Notes: generated from the sequence alone by a model not told the origin. A stretch of 35,261 nt of DNA from Candidatus Hydrogenedentota bacterium (GCA_046583315.1 JAYGCN010000060.1:1-35261); one strand, 5' to 3'; shown: positions 1 through 10,350, counted from the stretch's first letter. Numbers and translations: made by a program.

Positions 1-2
1 TG

Positions 3-2294
3 CCGGATCGTCTGCAACATGACGGCTGGTTGGAGTCCTCTTTGCATGCGGCACATCCCGATAAAGATCTCGTCATTCGAAATATGGGATTCACCGGAGA
101 TCAGGTGTCCTATCGCCCCCGCAACCAGAATTTTATGACCGCCGACGACTATCTGGCGCATATGAAAACCGATGTCATTTTCGCGTTTTTTGGCTACAAC
201 GAATCATTTGCGCAAGATCCTGAGGCATTCAAGGAGCAGTTGAATACCTTTATCGATGAGACCCGCGCCAAACAATACAACGGCGTGTCCGCACCGCGCA
301 TTGTCCTCATTTCTCCGATTGCCTATGAAAATTTGGATACGCCAAACCTGCCCGACGGCGAAGAGTTGAACAAATGGCTGTCGACCTACACCGACGCCAT
401 GGCCTCTGTCGCACGTCGCAAAAAAGTCCCCTTTGTTGATCTCTACTACCCGTCCGAAGAATTGTACGAGGAAACCGATGCCCCGCTGACGATTAATGGT
501 GTCCACTTGAACAGTACCGGTACGCAGGCCATCTCGAAATTGATTGCCGATGAATTGTTGGGCGATGTCGACACGAAAAATATCGATGCCATTCGCGCTT
601 CAGTAAAAGAAAAAAACTGGTGCTGGTTCAATCGTTATCGCGCCACCGACGGGAACGACGTCTGGGGAAGCCGCGCAGAACTTTCATTCGTAAACGACCA
701 GACCAACGAAGTCGTATTGCAGCACGAACTCAACATGCTCGACATCATGTGTGAGAGCCGCGATCGGGTGACCTGGAACGCGGCCAACGGGCGCACCGTA
801 AGAATAGACGACAGCAACGTACCCGATCCGATCCAGGTGATTACAAATATCGATCCCAAAGCCGATCGACTTGCCGCAGACGGTGGTCATAAATTCGTGC
901 CCCCTGAAGAAGGCCCGGACACCCTGAACATGGACGACGGCCTGGAAGTGAATCTCTTCGCATCCGAAGAAATGTTCCCGGAGTTGATCAATCCTGTACA
1001 GCTCGATGTGGATACGAAGGGCCGTCTTTGGGCGGCACTGTGGTCTACCTATCCCAAATGGCAACCGGATCTGGAAATGAGCGACAGACTCGTCATCTTC
1101 GAAGATACTGACAATGACGGTGTGGCCGATAACATGAAGACCTTCGCGCATGTGCACAACCCCACCGGATTTACCTTCTGGAATGGTGGCGTACTGGTGG
1201 CTTCGGCGCCGGAGATTCTGTTCCTGAAAGACACCGACGGCGACGACGTTGCGGACGTACGCGAAGTCATGTTGAGCGGTATTGACTCCTCAGACACGCA
1301 CCACAGCGCCAACGGATTCGATTACGGCCCCGACGGCTATCTCTACTATCAGCGGGGCATCTTTAACGTGAGCAACGTGGAGACACCCTGGCAGACCGCC
1401 CAACTCAATGGTCAGTCCGCCATATACCGCTGGAATCCGCGCACCCATCGTTTCTCCTATCACGCGGAAAATCCGCCCAACCCGCACGGCGGCGATTTCG
1501 ATTATTGGGGATACCACTACGCCACCAGCGCGACGGGCGGTGAGGCCTACCAGATTCGCCAGACAACCCGCGGCAAATTCCGCATGTACAAGTTGCTGGA
1601 CAAGACAGTCCGTCCAGTGCCGTCCTCCGGCATCCTGTCCAGCCAGCACTTCCCCAAGAAATACGAAGGCAACTTCATCATCCTCAATTCAATCGGCTTC
1701 CTCGGTATCAAACGATACACGCTCGAAAACACCGACGGCGTAATCTGGGGTACCGAAACCGACAACTTGCTCGTATCGACCGACAGCAATTTCCGCCCGA
1801 CCGATTTCAAAGTAGGGAATGACGGCGCTCTGTACGTATCTGACTGGGCCAACCCTATCATCGGTCACATGCAGCACAACATTCGCGATCCAAACCGTGA
1901 TCACCGTCACGGCCGCATCTACCGCGTCACCGCCAAGGGACGTCCGCTGCAAGATCCCGTCAAAATTGATGGCGAATCCATTCCGGCACTGCTCGACGTT
2001 TTGAAGCACCCGACCAACGGTGTGCGTCTGCGCGCGCGCATTGAACTGAGCGAACGCAACACCGACGAAGTCATCGCTGCAACGAATGAGTGGATCAAAC
2101 AATTCGACTTCGACAAGAAGAAGGATGCGCATCACCTGACCGAAGCGTTGTGGATTCACCAGCAGCACAACGTGGTCGACGAAGCGTTTCTGAACGAAAT
2201 GCTTGAATCCCCCGAGCCCAACGCGCGTCGTGCCGCGATACGGGTGAAATATATGTGGACGCTAGAAGACAAGTTTAAAAAAAAACCGAACTAG
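3..2294 (+). CDS. PVC-type membrane-bound dehydrogenase-like protein, N-terminal part (SGNH/GDSL domain + glucose/sorbosone-dehydrogenase-like beta-propeller + HEAT-like repeats); 5'-truncated by the window edge
   Basis: The frame is open from base 3 (PDRLQHDGWLESS...). It has SGNH-like blocks (RNMGFTGD, FFGYNES, TINGVHLN), propeller motifs (FASEEMFPELINP, FEDTDNDGVAD, DTHHSANGF, FRPTDF...GALYVSDW, HGRIYRV) and a helical HEAT-like tail. It stops just after an A9 run. Confidence 0.85.
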   Translation, partial: PDRLQHDGWLESSLHAAHPDKDLVIRNMGFTGDQVSYRPRNQNFMTADDYLAHMKTDVIFAFFGYNESFAQDPEAFKEQLNTFIDETRAKQYNGVSAPRIVLISPIAYENLDTPNLPDGEELNKWLSTYTDAMASVARRKKVPFVDLYYPSEELYEETDAPLTINGVHLNSTGTQAISKLIADELLGDVDTKNIDAIRASVKEKNWCWFNRYRATDGNDVWGSRAELSFVNDQTNEVVLQHELNMLDIMCESRDRVTWNAANGRTVRIDDSNVPDPIQVITNIDPKADRLAADGGHKFVPPEEGPDTLNMDDGLEVNLFASEEMFPELINPVQLDVDTKGRLWAALWSTYPKWQPDLEMSDRLVIFEDTDNDGVADNMKTFAHVHNPTGFTFWNGGVLVASAPEILFLKDTDGDDVADVREVMLSGIDSSDTHHSANGFDYGPDGYLYYQRGIFNVSNVETPWQTAQLNGQSAIYRWNPRTHRFSYHAENPPNPHGGDFDYWGYHYATSATGGEAYQIRQTTRGKFRMYKLLDKTVRPVPSSGILSSQHFPKKYEGNFIILNSIGFLGIKRYTLENTDGVIWGTETDNLLVSTDSNFRPTDFKVGNDGALYVSDWANPIIGHMQHNIRDPNRDHRHGRIYRVTAKGRPLQDPVKIDGESIPALLDVLKHPTNGVRLRARIELSERNTDEVIAATNEWIKQFDFDKKKDAHHLTEALWIHQQHNVVDEAFLNEMLESPEPNARRAAIRVKYMWTLEDKFKKKPN

Positions 2295-3361
2295 CCAAGA
2301 AGGCACCTGATATTCACGCGCAACATGCGGCCCTTCAGGCCGCGCGCGATGAATATCTGAGGCAGGAGCCCTCCCCGGATCCATTCATGGACGGTGATAC
2401 GCTCGTCATCTACATCCAGACGATCAAAGAGCAGATGCGGTATGATCGCACCCAATTCGTCGTGACTCCGGGCCAGAAAGTCCGCATCGAATTCAGCAAT
2501 CCCGACGCAATGGACCACAACATGATCATGGTCGAACCGGGCGCGCATGCGCGCGTCTCCGCAGCGGCCTTGCTCATGGAAACCAGGGGCGACGGCATCG
2601 AAAAAGAGTGGAATCCCGGTGGGGACGACATTCTCTGGGCTTCCGGCATGCTGGCGCACGACGAAAAGCAGTCAATCGAGTTCACGGTTCCATCCATGAT
2701 CGGTATCTATGAATACCTCTGCACCTTCCCCGGACATTCCCTGCTGATGCGCGGCAAGATGCGCGTGAAGAAAGATCTGGCGGGACGCTCATTGGTTGCC
2801 GCAAACATTGACCACATGAAAGACATGGAAGACATCGTCGTCAGCAATCGTTCCGTGGTCGAGTATTGGGAGATGGCCGCGCTGGAAGGGGAACTTGGCA
2901 AGGTATCCAAGGCACGTTCCTACAAGCGCGGTCGTGAAATGTTCGAATTGGCCACCTGCCTTAAGTGTCATATTATCGACGGTGCGGGCGAAACCCTCGG
3001 GCCGGATCTCACGAAAATTGGAGAGACTTACAACGCCAAAGAACTCCTTGAGCACATTCTCGATCCATCCTTGAAGGTCGACGAACAGTACAAGACCTAC
3101 GTTATCGAGACGAAAGACCGCAAAGAATATTTCGGCATTATTGTTTCGCAGGACGAGCGCGTCGTGCGCATCGCCGAGAATCCGTTACAGCCGGAAAAAG
3201 CGGTCACCATCAAACGTCATCATATCGAGGTGATGGATCCCATCGAAATCTCGCCCATGCCCACCGACCTGTTGATTACCCTTCAAAAAGACGAGATTCT
3301 CGACCTGCTGGCCTACCTGATGTCCGGAGGCAATCCGACCCACAAAGCATTCAAGGGATAG
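2279..3361 (+). CDS. Cupredoxin (azurin/auracyanin-like) + c-type cytochrome module; probably the -1-frame continuation of the preceding gene
   Basis: Type-1 Cu ligands (DHNM ... YLCTFPGHSLLM) and heme motif CLKCH followed by LGPDLT, ILDPS and SPMP. The frame is open from 2279 (KKTELAKKAPD...) to the track ATG at 2387. There is no signal peptide at that ATG. Confidence 0.85.
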   Translation, partial: KKTELAKKAPDIHAQHAALQAARDEYLRQEPSPDPFMDGDTLVIYIQTIKEQMRYDRTQFVVTPGQKVRIEFSNPDAMDHNMIMVEPGAHARVSAAALLMETRGDGIEKEWNPGGDDILWASGMLAHDEKQSIEFTVPSMIGIYEYLCTFPGHSLLMRGKMRVKKDLAGRSLVAANIDHMKDMEDIVVSNRSVVEYWEMAALEGELGKVSKARSYKRGREMFELATCLKCHIIDGAGETLGPDLTKIGETYNAKELLEHILDPSLKVDEQYKTYVIETKDRKEYFGIIVSQDERVVRIAENPLQPEKAVTIKRHHIEVMDPIEISPMPTDLLITLQKDEILDLLAYLMSGGNPTHKAFKG

Positions 3362-3364
3362 CCT

Positions 3365-4726
3365 CTACGAAAGATCCACGAGATGTTCCAGGCGACCCGT
3401 GCTGTCGCCCAGCAGATCCGTGTGCGCGCCCATACGATCCAGCATCGAAAGAAACAGATTGTTCATCGGCAATTCATCTTTGTATTCGAGATGACGGCCC
3501 GTTTTGATCGTACCGTTCCCATTTCCGGCGAGAACCAATGGCAAATTGTGGTGCGCGTGACGATTGCCATCGCTGAGTCCGCTGCCAATCAGAATCATGG
3601 ATCGATCCAGCAGCGTCGAACCTTCCTCTTGCACGGCTTTCAATTGATCCAGGAAGTACGCGACCTGTTCCATGTGGTGCGCGTTGATCTTTTGCAGATT
3701 TGCAATCTTTTCATCGTCACCCTTGTGATGACTGATTTCATGGTGCCCTTCATCAACGCCGATTGCCTTGTGGCGACGGTTTGAGCCCTCGCCGCCAATC
3801 ATCATCGTGATGATACGCGTCTGATCCGTCCGGAAGGCGAGCACCTGGAGGTCAAACATCAGCTGCGCATAGTCCACGAAATCATCCGGACGCTCTTCGG
3901 GGGGTGCGGCGATGTCCGCGATGGGAAGATGCTCAAGATTTTCCGACGACTCGATACGCAACTCCAATGCACGCAGCGCATACAGGTACTCGTCCATTTT
4001 CTGCTGATCCGTTTTGCCGAGCTTGCCCATCAGCGAGCGCGTATCCTCTGCGACGAGATCCAGCACGCTTCGGCGATAACGACGTTTCCGTTCACGTTCC
4101 GCCGAGGTGGCCTTCGGGTCGAACCCGCCAAACAGACGTTCGAATACCTGACGTGGATTGCGCTCCGGCGGATTGGGCGTTTGTTCCGATCGCCACGAAA
4201 TAGTGTTGCTGTAGGCGCAGCTGTATCCCGAATCGCAACTGCCCGCGATACGCCCGTTTTCGAGTGTCATTTCCAGTGAAGGAAGGCGCGTTTCATGGCC
4301 CACAATTTCCGCGGCGACTTGATCGACCGATATCGCCAACTGAATATCCACGCCGGATGTTTTCTTGGGATGCACGCCCGTGAGAAACGACGCACCGGCA
4401 CGGGCATGATCGCCTGCACCGTCACCCAAAGCACGCCCGTTCAATTGAGCGAGGCCAGTCAGCACATTGATGTCCTCGCGATGAGGTTCTAGTGAACTGA
4501 GTGTGGGGGAGAGTTTCAGGTCGAGTCCCGATTCCGGAGTCCAGTGATCCATGATGACACCGTTCGGAAGATACACGAAGGCCATGCGCGTGGGCGTGGT
4601 GGTCGTCAGACTTCTAGCCGCCGAAGCCGCAGGGGTCATTGCGTCCAGTGCAGGCAACGCCAAGGCAGCACCCACGCCACATAGAAAAGTCCTGCGCGAG
4701 AGGTGTTTTCCGGTTATGTAATTCAT
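3365..4726 (-). CDS. DUF1552 family protein with Tat-like signal
   Basis: N-terminal LSRRTFLCG twin-arginine motif; family-typical FVYLPNG, SVDQVAA, CDSGYSCAYSNTISW, HHEISHH and GNRHAHHNLP. ATGA overlap with the upstream DUF1592 gene. Confidence 0.9.
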   Translation of the reverse strand: MNYITGKHLSRRTFLCGVGAALALPALDAMTPAASAARSLTTTTPTRMAFVYLPNGVIMDHWTPESGLDLKLSPTLSSLEPHREDINVLTGLAQLNGRALGDGAGDHARAGASFLTGVHPKKTSGVDIQLAISVDQVAAEIVGHETRLPSLEMTLENGRIAGSCDSGYSCAYSNTISWRSEQTPNPPERNPRQVFERLFGGFDPKATSAERERKRRYRRSVLDLVAEDTRSLMGKLGKTDQQKMDEYLYALRALELRIESSENLEHLPIADIAAPPEERPDDFVDYAQLMFDLQVLAFRTDQTRIITMMIGGEGSNRRHKAIGVDEGHHEISHHKGDDEKIANLQKINAHHMEQVAYFLDQLKAVQEEGSTLLDRSMILIGSGLSDGNRHAHHNLPLVLAGNGNGTIKTGRHLEYKDELPMNNLFLSMLDRMGAHTDLLGDSTGRLEHLVDLS

Positions 4727-6705
4727 GCCTTGTTGACTCCTTCGCCGCGGCGCATCTGAAACGGTACGCTCATAACGATTTCGCGGATGACGCTCTGAAT
4801 GCGATAGTCTTCCTCAACAATTCGATCCTCAATCGCGGCGACCACGGGTCGGTCATACGACTCCAAGCCTCGTCCTAGTGCATAGGTTAGCATTTTTTCC
4901 GTGAAACAGCGAACAAAATTATCAGGGTTATTTACCAGGATCTGCCGTAATTCGTAGGATCCATTGAACGATTCGCCCGTGGGCAGCACCCCGCTCGCAT
5001 CCACCGGATGTTCACGTTCCTCCGTTCGCCACTTGCCAATCGCGTCATAATTCTCGAAGCCGAAGCCGAGAGGATCAATGCGACTATGGCACGACGCGCA
5101 GGTTGGGTCAGCCCGATGCTGCTCGAATTGTTCACGAATCGTACCTTCCAGTTTTTTTGGATTGTCCTCCAAAGGCGGTACCCCCTCCGGCGGTGGAGGG
5201 GCTTCGATACCAAGAATATTTTCCATGAGCCACGCCCCGCGCAGCACCGGAGACGTTCGCGTGGGGTAGGAGGTCAACGTCAGGATGCTCGCCTGCGTCA
5301 ATACGCCGCCGCGTTGTTCCTTATCTACTGTAACGCGCTGGAATTCCTTGCCCTCAATTCCTTCGATGCCGTAATGTTTCGCGAGTGGCTCATTGACGTA
5401 GGTGAAATCCGAGTCCAGAAAGTTCAGGATACTCAGATCCTCGCGCAACACCGCCTCAAAAAATAAATTCGTCTCCTTGTGCATCGCCCTGCGAAGTTCC
5501 TTGTAAAAATTCGGATAATCCGCGGTCGCACGAGTGACCAGCGCGAGATTTCGCAACTCAAGCCATTGCCCCGCGAAATTAACGACCAACTCTTCAGCTT
5601 TCTCGTCCGCAATCATACGTGTGACCTGAGCGGTCAACACGTCGGGCCTGCGCAATTGTTTCCGCCGTGCCAATTCCAACAATTCCTCATCCGGCATGCT
5701 GCTCCAAAGGAAATAAGAGAGTCGAGAGGCCAATTCAAAATCATTCACATACTGAACCGTGTTGGGGAGAAGCGGATCGACATCGTGTTCAATGCGGAAA
5801 ATAAATTTTGGCGACACCAAAATAGCCTCGATTGCCAACTCGATTCCGTACTCAAAGGTTTCCCCATCATCCCGCACCATCGTGACAAGCTGCTTCAGTT
5901 CTTTTACTTCATCCCTGGTCACCGGTCGACGATAGGCCTTCGATGCGAATGTGCGCAGAATCGTATTTGCGCAACCCATGCGATGTTTGCCGCGATGATG
6001 ACCGCAAACGAAGATGTGTCGCTCAGCCGGAGCGTCTTCCTCGTCGACCGCTTCAGTATCTTCGTCCTCTTCTGCAGGCGGGTCCATTTCGCGCGTGATG
6101 ACTTCCCGCACAAGCTCTTCTGCTACAGCCAGATACTTCTCCAGTAGGTAGGGGGACAAGGTGAGTGCATCGCCGATGTTGTCGAAGCCATAACCCGAAT
6201 CATCCACCGGAAACACGTCCGCCGGATCGGAATCCACACCCAGCAGCACCTCAATCGTGTTGTTGTACTCCTGCCGATTCAGACGCCGCGCCGTCACACG
6301 ACCCGGTTCAGGCCGCATCGCACGGATGGCCGTGTCCAGTTCCTGCTCCACGAATCCGCCGACATCTTCCCGGTCAAAATCCGTGGGTTGCCGTTCATCT
6401 TCCGGCGGCATCTGCCCACTGTCCAGCATCGCCAGCACCCGCTCCCACGTGGATTCATTTTCGCCCAAGTGCGAGATATGCACGGCCGCCTCCAGATTGA
6501 TGTCGGCCTCCTGCTTTTTGCGCCCGTGACACGAAAAACAGAATTCCTCAAAAAAAGGAATAATGTCCCCGTCATAATCCTCCTGCGCCAAAGCCAGAGC
6601 ATCCGAAGAACGTTCGATCGCCGGGTGCAACTCAATCGGAGCCTCAGAAGTCCGGCACGCAGCCAGCCCAAGCAGGAAAATCGGTATGATAACGCGGTAC
6701 TTCAT
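4723..6705 (-). CDS. DUF1592/DUF1588/DUF1587/DUF1585 planctomycete-type cytochrome c domain lipoprotein
   Basis: Two CxxCH motifs (CFSCH, CASCH), plus RRLNRQEYNNT, ELASRLSYFLWSSMPD and TSPVLRG. The likely start is ATG 6705 (MKYRVIIPIFLLGLAAC, lipobox LAAC); the track start at 6741 is a TTG. Confidence 0.9.
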   Translation of the reverse strand: MKYRVIIPIFLLGLAACRTSEAPIELHPAIERSSDALALAQEDYDGDIIPFFEEFCFSCHGRKKQEADINLEAAVHISHLGENESTWERVLAMLDSGQMPPEDERQPTDFDREDVGGFVEQELDTAIRAMRPEPGRVTARRLNRQEYNNTIEVLLGVDSDPADVFPVDDSGYGFDNIGDALTLSPYLLEKYLAVAEELVREVITREMDPPAEEDEDTEAVDEEDAPAERHIFVCGHHRGKHRMGCANTILRTFASKAYRRPVTRDEVKELKQLVTMVRDDGETFEYGIELAIEAILVSPKFIFRIEHDVDPLLPNTVQYVNDFELASRLSYFLWSSMPDEELLELARRKQLRRPDVLTAQVTRMIADEKAEELVVNFAGQWLELRNLALVTRATADYPNFYKELRRAMHKETNLFFEAVLREDLSILNFLDSDFTYVNEPLAKHYGIEGIEGKEFQRVTVDKEQRGGVLTQASILTLTSYPTRTSPVLRGAWLMENILGIEAPPPPEGVPPLEDNPKKLEGTIREQFEQHRADPTCASCHSRIDPLGFGFENYDAIGKWRTEEREHPVDASGVLPTGESFNGSYELRQILVNNPDNFVRCFTEKMLTYALGRGLESYDRPVVAAIEDRIVEEDYRIQSVIREIVMSVPFQMRRGEGVNKA

Positions 6706-6747
6706 ACCGAGTATGGTAAATCCTGCCGAATCCGCAGTCAAATTGTC

Positions 6748-8325
6748 CTACTTCTTCTTCATTTCCTCCGGCAATTCCAGTGGCCTGACGGGCGGGTTGT
6801 CTATGACGTATTTGGTGAGCGGCGGACCGGCGGCGATGTCGCGGCCTTTGAAGGCGGGATGGTCGAATCCGTAGCGGTAGACGCGGAACACGGGGTTATT
6901 GTATTTTTTGCGACTGCGCCGTTCCTCTTTGCTGAGTTTCTCGCCTTTCGCGAGAGGAGGATGTTTCGGGACAGCGGGGTTTACGAATTTCCACACGACC
7001 TCATTGTCCGCAGTGACTTCGAAGAGCGTACCGTCCGCACCTTGACAGATGATGGTGTTGCCATTGGGCAATCGTCGCGCGCCGGAGATGTAGCTCGAAA
7101 AGAATACGCCGTCTTCTTCGTGTTTCCAGATTGGTTCGGCGGGACCATAGGTCGCGCCGGCTTCAAGGATGTAGTTGCCATCGGCATCGGTCGGCGGAAT
7201 CAGCTCCAGCACGGTCGAAAAATTTCCGGCCGGGCGACTGCGTCCGTTATTGAAGATCATGAGGTGGCCTTCACCGGGCAGGCCCTTGGCGACCCAGTGC
7301 ACGTCATGCTGATAAAACAGTTTTTGGTCATCCTCGAGACCCGCGCGATACGCAATGGGATTGCCCCAACGATAGAGGATGTCGCCGCCTTTGCCGGACT
7401 TCCCGCCCGTGCTCCCCGTGGCTTCTTCGGTTGAAGTGCTGTGATCGAGAATCCAGATTTCACAATTACCCAGTACGCTCAATGCTATTTGGTCGAGGTC
7501 AGCGTTATAGGCGATCGCGTTCGTGTGCAACCAGTCCGCGCCCGTCGTGCCGCGCTGTTTCTTGTCGTCCGCTTCCTCACCGCCGAGATATCCGAGCGCT
7601 TCGAGCTCCTCGAGTTCCTCGTCTGACACGGCATCCAGCCAGTGTCCCGTCGGATTGATATCAATGCGTTCCGGATGCGCTGCAACATCGCCGAAGTTAT
7701 CTTTAGAGGAATCGCGATCCTGAATCAGGTGATCCCAGAGGTGCCATTCCCAGACAACCTCCGCGCCATCGGGGTAGACCGGTTTAATCTCGATGATTTT
7801 CTCCGACCATACTTCTTCGGCTTCCATCAACTCCGCATCACGTCCGGCCGCGACAGCTGCATCTTTATCCTTCATTTCCCACGCCAGCAACAACACGTTG
7901 CCATTCGGAAGTCGCTCAATATCGTGATGCATCAGATAGTCTTCAGTAGAGTAGATGTATTGCCAAATCAGTTCGCCGTCCCAGTTGAATTCTTCGACAC
8001 AGTAACCCGAACCGCCGCCACGGAAGGTGCCATTGCCATCGCGCCCATAAGTGGAAAACCGCAGAATATTACCGTTGTCCTGAAGGTAGACCGAACTCGG
8101 ACGAAACTTGCTTCGCCATTCACGAATGAAGCGGCCCTTGTTGTCAATCAGATAGGTCGAACCCGAATCCAGTGGCGAGAAGAGATTCAATCCGGGATAG
8201 GCCTTGTCCGTATTGAGGATGAGGCCTTTCGGTTTTTCTTCCTTCTTTTCGTCCTTCTTGTCCTGGGCAAAAACGAGCGTGGACATGAGGCAAACGACGG
8301 CGATGGTGGACAACACTCTGTTCAT
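6748..8325 (-). CDS. Periplasmic arylsulfate sulfotransferase (ASST) family beta-propeller protein
   Basis: Signal peptide; HHDIERLPNGN, DWLHTNAIAYN, LYRWGNP, QHDVHW and ISGARRLPNGNT motifs. RBS AGGAG upstream. Confidence 0.85.
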   Translation of the reverse strand: MNRVLSTIAVVCLMSTLVFAQDKKDEKKEEKPKGLILNTDKAYPGLNLFSPLDSGSTYLIDNKGRFIREWRSKFRPSSVYLQDNGNILRFSTYGRDGNGTFRGGGSGYCVEEFNWDGELIWQYIYSTEDYLMHHDIERLPNGNVLLLAWEMKDKDAAVAAGRDAELMEAEEVWSEKIIEIKPVYPDGAEVVWEWHLWDHLIQDRDSSKDNFGDVAAHPERIDINPTGHWLDAVSDEELEELEALGYLGGEEADDKKQRGTTGADWLHTNAIAYNADLDQIALSVLGNCEIWILDHSTSTEEATGSTGGKSGKGGDILYRWGNPIAYRAGLEDDQKLFYQHDVHWVAKGLPGEGHLMIFNNGRSRPAGNFSTVLELIPPTDADGNYILEAGATYGPAEPIWKHEEDGVFFSSYISGARRLPNGNTIICQGADGTLFEVTADNEVVWKFVNPAVPKHPPLAKGEKLSKEERRSRKKYNNPVFRVYRYGFDHPAFKGRDIAAGPPLTKYVIDNPPVRPLELPEEMKKK

Positions 8326-8466
8326 GGACTCGCTCCTTTGGGGGCCAGATTTCGATTCATCGAGAATACAGGGCTGTTTCAGGAAGTGTCAAACAGCATC
8401 GAAAGGCCGTAATTTGCTATACTTAGGGTTCAGTAACGCGCATATCCTTTCTGGAATTCACTCCTC

Positions 8467-10350
8467 ATGAGCCGAGATTACGACATAATTGTGGTGGGTG
8501 CCGGTCACGCCGGCGTAGAAGCCGCGCTGGCCTCAGCACGCATGGGCAAAGGCACCCTGCTGGCCACCATGCGTCTTGATGACATTGCCAAGATGCCGTG
8601 CAATCCAGCGGTCGGCGGAATTGCCAAAGGCCAACTCGTTCGGGAAATCGATGCGCTCGGAGGAGAAATGGGCCGCTGCATTGATAGGACCGGTATCCAG
8701 TTCAAGATGCTGAACCGATCCAAAGGGCCAGCCGTTCACTCGCCGCGTGCCCAAGCCGACAGACATCTCTATCAGGCGGACATGAAACATGTATGCGAAA
8801 TGCAGGACAATCTTGACCTGAAACAAGTGATGGTTGAGAACTTGATAATCAAAAATGGAGTCGTGCACGGCGTACTTACAGGACTTGGCGAAGAAATCAC
8901 TGCCCGCGGGGTGATCATGTGTTCGGGTACCTTTCTCGGTGGTCGTCTACATTTCGGCATGAACCAAATCGAAGGCGGACGCATGGGGGACATGCCCGCC
9001 AATGAACTCGGCACAACCTACCGCAAACTCGGCTTCAACGTCGGTCGTATGAAGACTGGAACCGTGCCACGCATCCATCGGAGTAGCATGAACGTCGACG
9101 TGATGCAGGAACAGCCGGGTGACGACGAACCGCGTCCCTTTTCGTTCTCTACTCCCATCGAAGGCTTCGCACCCAAGCATGTTATGTGCTGGCTGACCTA
9201 CACCAATGACAAAACGCATGATGTGATTCGGCGAAATCTGCATAAATCACCTCTGTTCGCAGGAGTGATAGAAGGAATCGGGCCGCGTTACTGTCCAAGT
9301 ATCGAAGACAAGGTGCAACGCTTTCCGGATCGCAATGAACACCGCGTATTTCTCGAGCCAGAAGGCTTGACGACATCGGAAGTGTACGTAAACGGACTTT
9401 CAACGAGCTTGCCAGAGGATGTGCAGCTCGAATACCTGAGATCCATTCCCGGACTCGAAGAGGCAGAAATTGTTCGCCCCGGATATGCCGTGGAGTACGA
9501 CTTTATTCATCCGACGGACCTGAAAGCAACACTGGAAACCAAGCTCGTGGAGGGACTCTTTCACGCGGGGCAGGTGAACGGCACTTCGGGCTATGAAGAA
9601 GCGGCCGCGCAGGGGTTGTATGCCGCGATGAACGCCGTTCGGAAGCTGGATGACGATGAGCCTCTTTATATCGCGCGCGACGAAGCCTATCTCGGTGTGC
9701 TCATCGATGACATCGTGACACGCGGAGTCATCGAGCCCTATCGACTTTTTACCTCCCGCGCGGAGTATCGGCTAATCTTGCGCCACGACAACGCGGACAC
9801 ACGCCTCGCCCATCTGGGCATCGCGGATGAGACCTTCAAGCGGGATGTGCGTGCGAAGGACGTGGCGGTGCAACAGGAAATGGATCGACTTGAGCGTGCA
9901 CATGTGCAGCCCGATGCGGAGGTGAACGCGTGCCTCGCCGCAATGGGCGATGAATCCATCGAGACACCCCAAGTGGCCGCGCGCTTGTTGCGACGCCCGA
10001 ATATGGATTTGGAGACGCTCTGGAAGTATTGTCCGCCGCCGGAGCAGCTTGCTTTCGACGTGGCTGAGCAAGTGGAGATTCGGACCAAGTATCAAGGCTA
10101 TATCCAGCGTCAAATCAAGGATCAGAAAAAATTCAAGAAGGCTGAAAACCTTCGTTTGCCCGACGATATCGACTATTTCGGGATTTCAGGTATGCCGCAA
10201 GAGAGTAAGGAGCGCTTGCACTCGATTCGACCGGGCAACATGGGGCAGGCATCACGTATATCCGGCGTTCGCGCCTCAGACGTTGCGGTGTTGCACATTT
10301 ACATGGAAAAGAGGCGACGCGCCGCTCAGGAGGAGCAGGTCGCGCAGTGA
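8467..10350 (+). CDS. mnmG: tRNA uridine-5-carboxymethylaminomethyl(34) synthesis enzyme MnmG (GidA)
   Basis: [13 protein letters not shown] motif, [41 protein letters not shown] and [12 protein letters not shown]; 627 aa. Confidence 0.98.
   Translation: MSRDYDIIVVGAGHAGVEAALASARMGKGTLLATMRLDDIAKMPCNPAVGGIAKGQLVREIDALGGEMGRCIDRTGIQFKMLNRSKGPAVHSPRAQADRHLYQADMKHVCEMQDNLDLKQVMVENLIIKNGVVHGVLTGLGEEITARGVIMCSGTFLGGRLHFGMNQIEGGRMGDMPANELGTTYRKLGFNVGRMKTGTVPRIHRSSMNVDVMQEQPGDDEPRPFSFSTPIEGFAPKHVMCWLTYTNDKTHDVIRRNLHKSPLFAGVIEGIGPRYCPSIEDKVQRFPDRNEHRVFLEPEGLTTSEVYVNGLSTSLPEDVQLEYLRSIPGLEEAEIVRPGYAVEYDFIHPTDLKATLETKLVEGLFHAGQVNGTSGYEEAAAQGLYAAMNAVRKLDDDEPLYIARDEAYLGVLIDDIVTRGVIEPYRLFTSRAEYRLILRHDNADTRLAHLGIADETFKRDVRAKDVAVQQEMDRLERAHVQPDAEVNACLAAMGDESIETPQVAARLLRRPNMDLETLWKYCPPPEQLAFDVAEQVEIRTKYQGYIQRQIKDQKKFKKAENLRLPDDIDYFGISGMPQESKERLHSIRPGNMGQASRISGVRASDVAVLHIYMEKRRRAAQEEQVAQ

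Noticed and set aside
4893..4908. parS-like sequence TTTTTTCCGTGAAACA (and TGTTTCACGAAATACA near 24408)
   Set aside because: Each matches only 13/16 of TGTTTCACGTGAAACA, breaks the palindrome and lies inside a gene.
6388..7434. 348-aa plus-strand ORF (also 5479..6147 and 7642..8412)
   Set aside because: These are antisense shadows of the well-supported DUF1592 and ASST genes, with no recognisable motifs.
8373..8397. Inverted repeat GCTGTTT-N11-AAACAGC between the ASST gene and mnmG
   Set aside because: Seven-bp arms with no U-tract in a divergent promoter region are too weak to assign a function.
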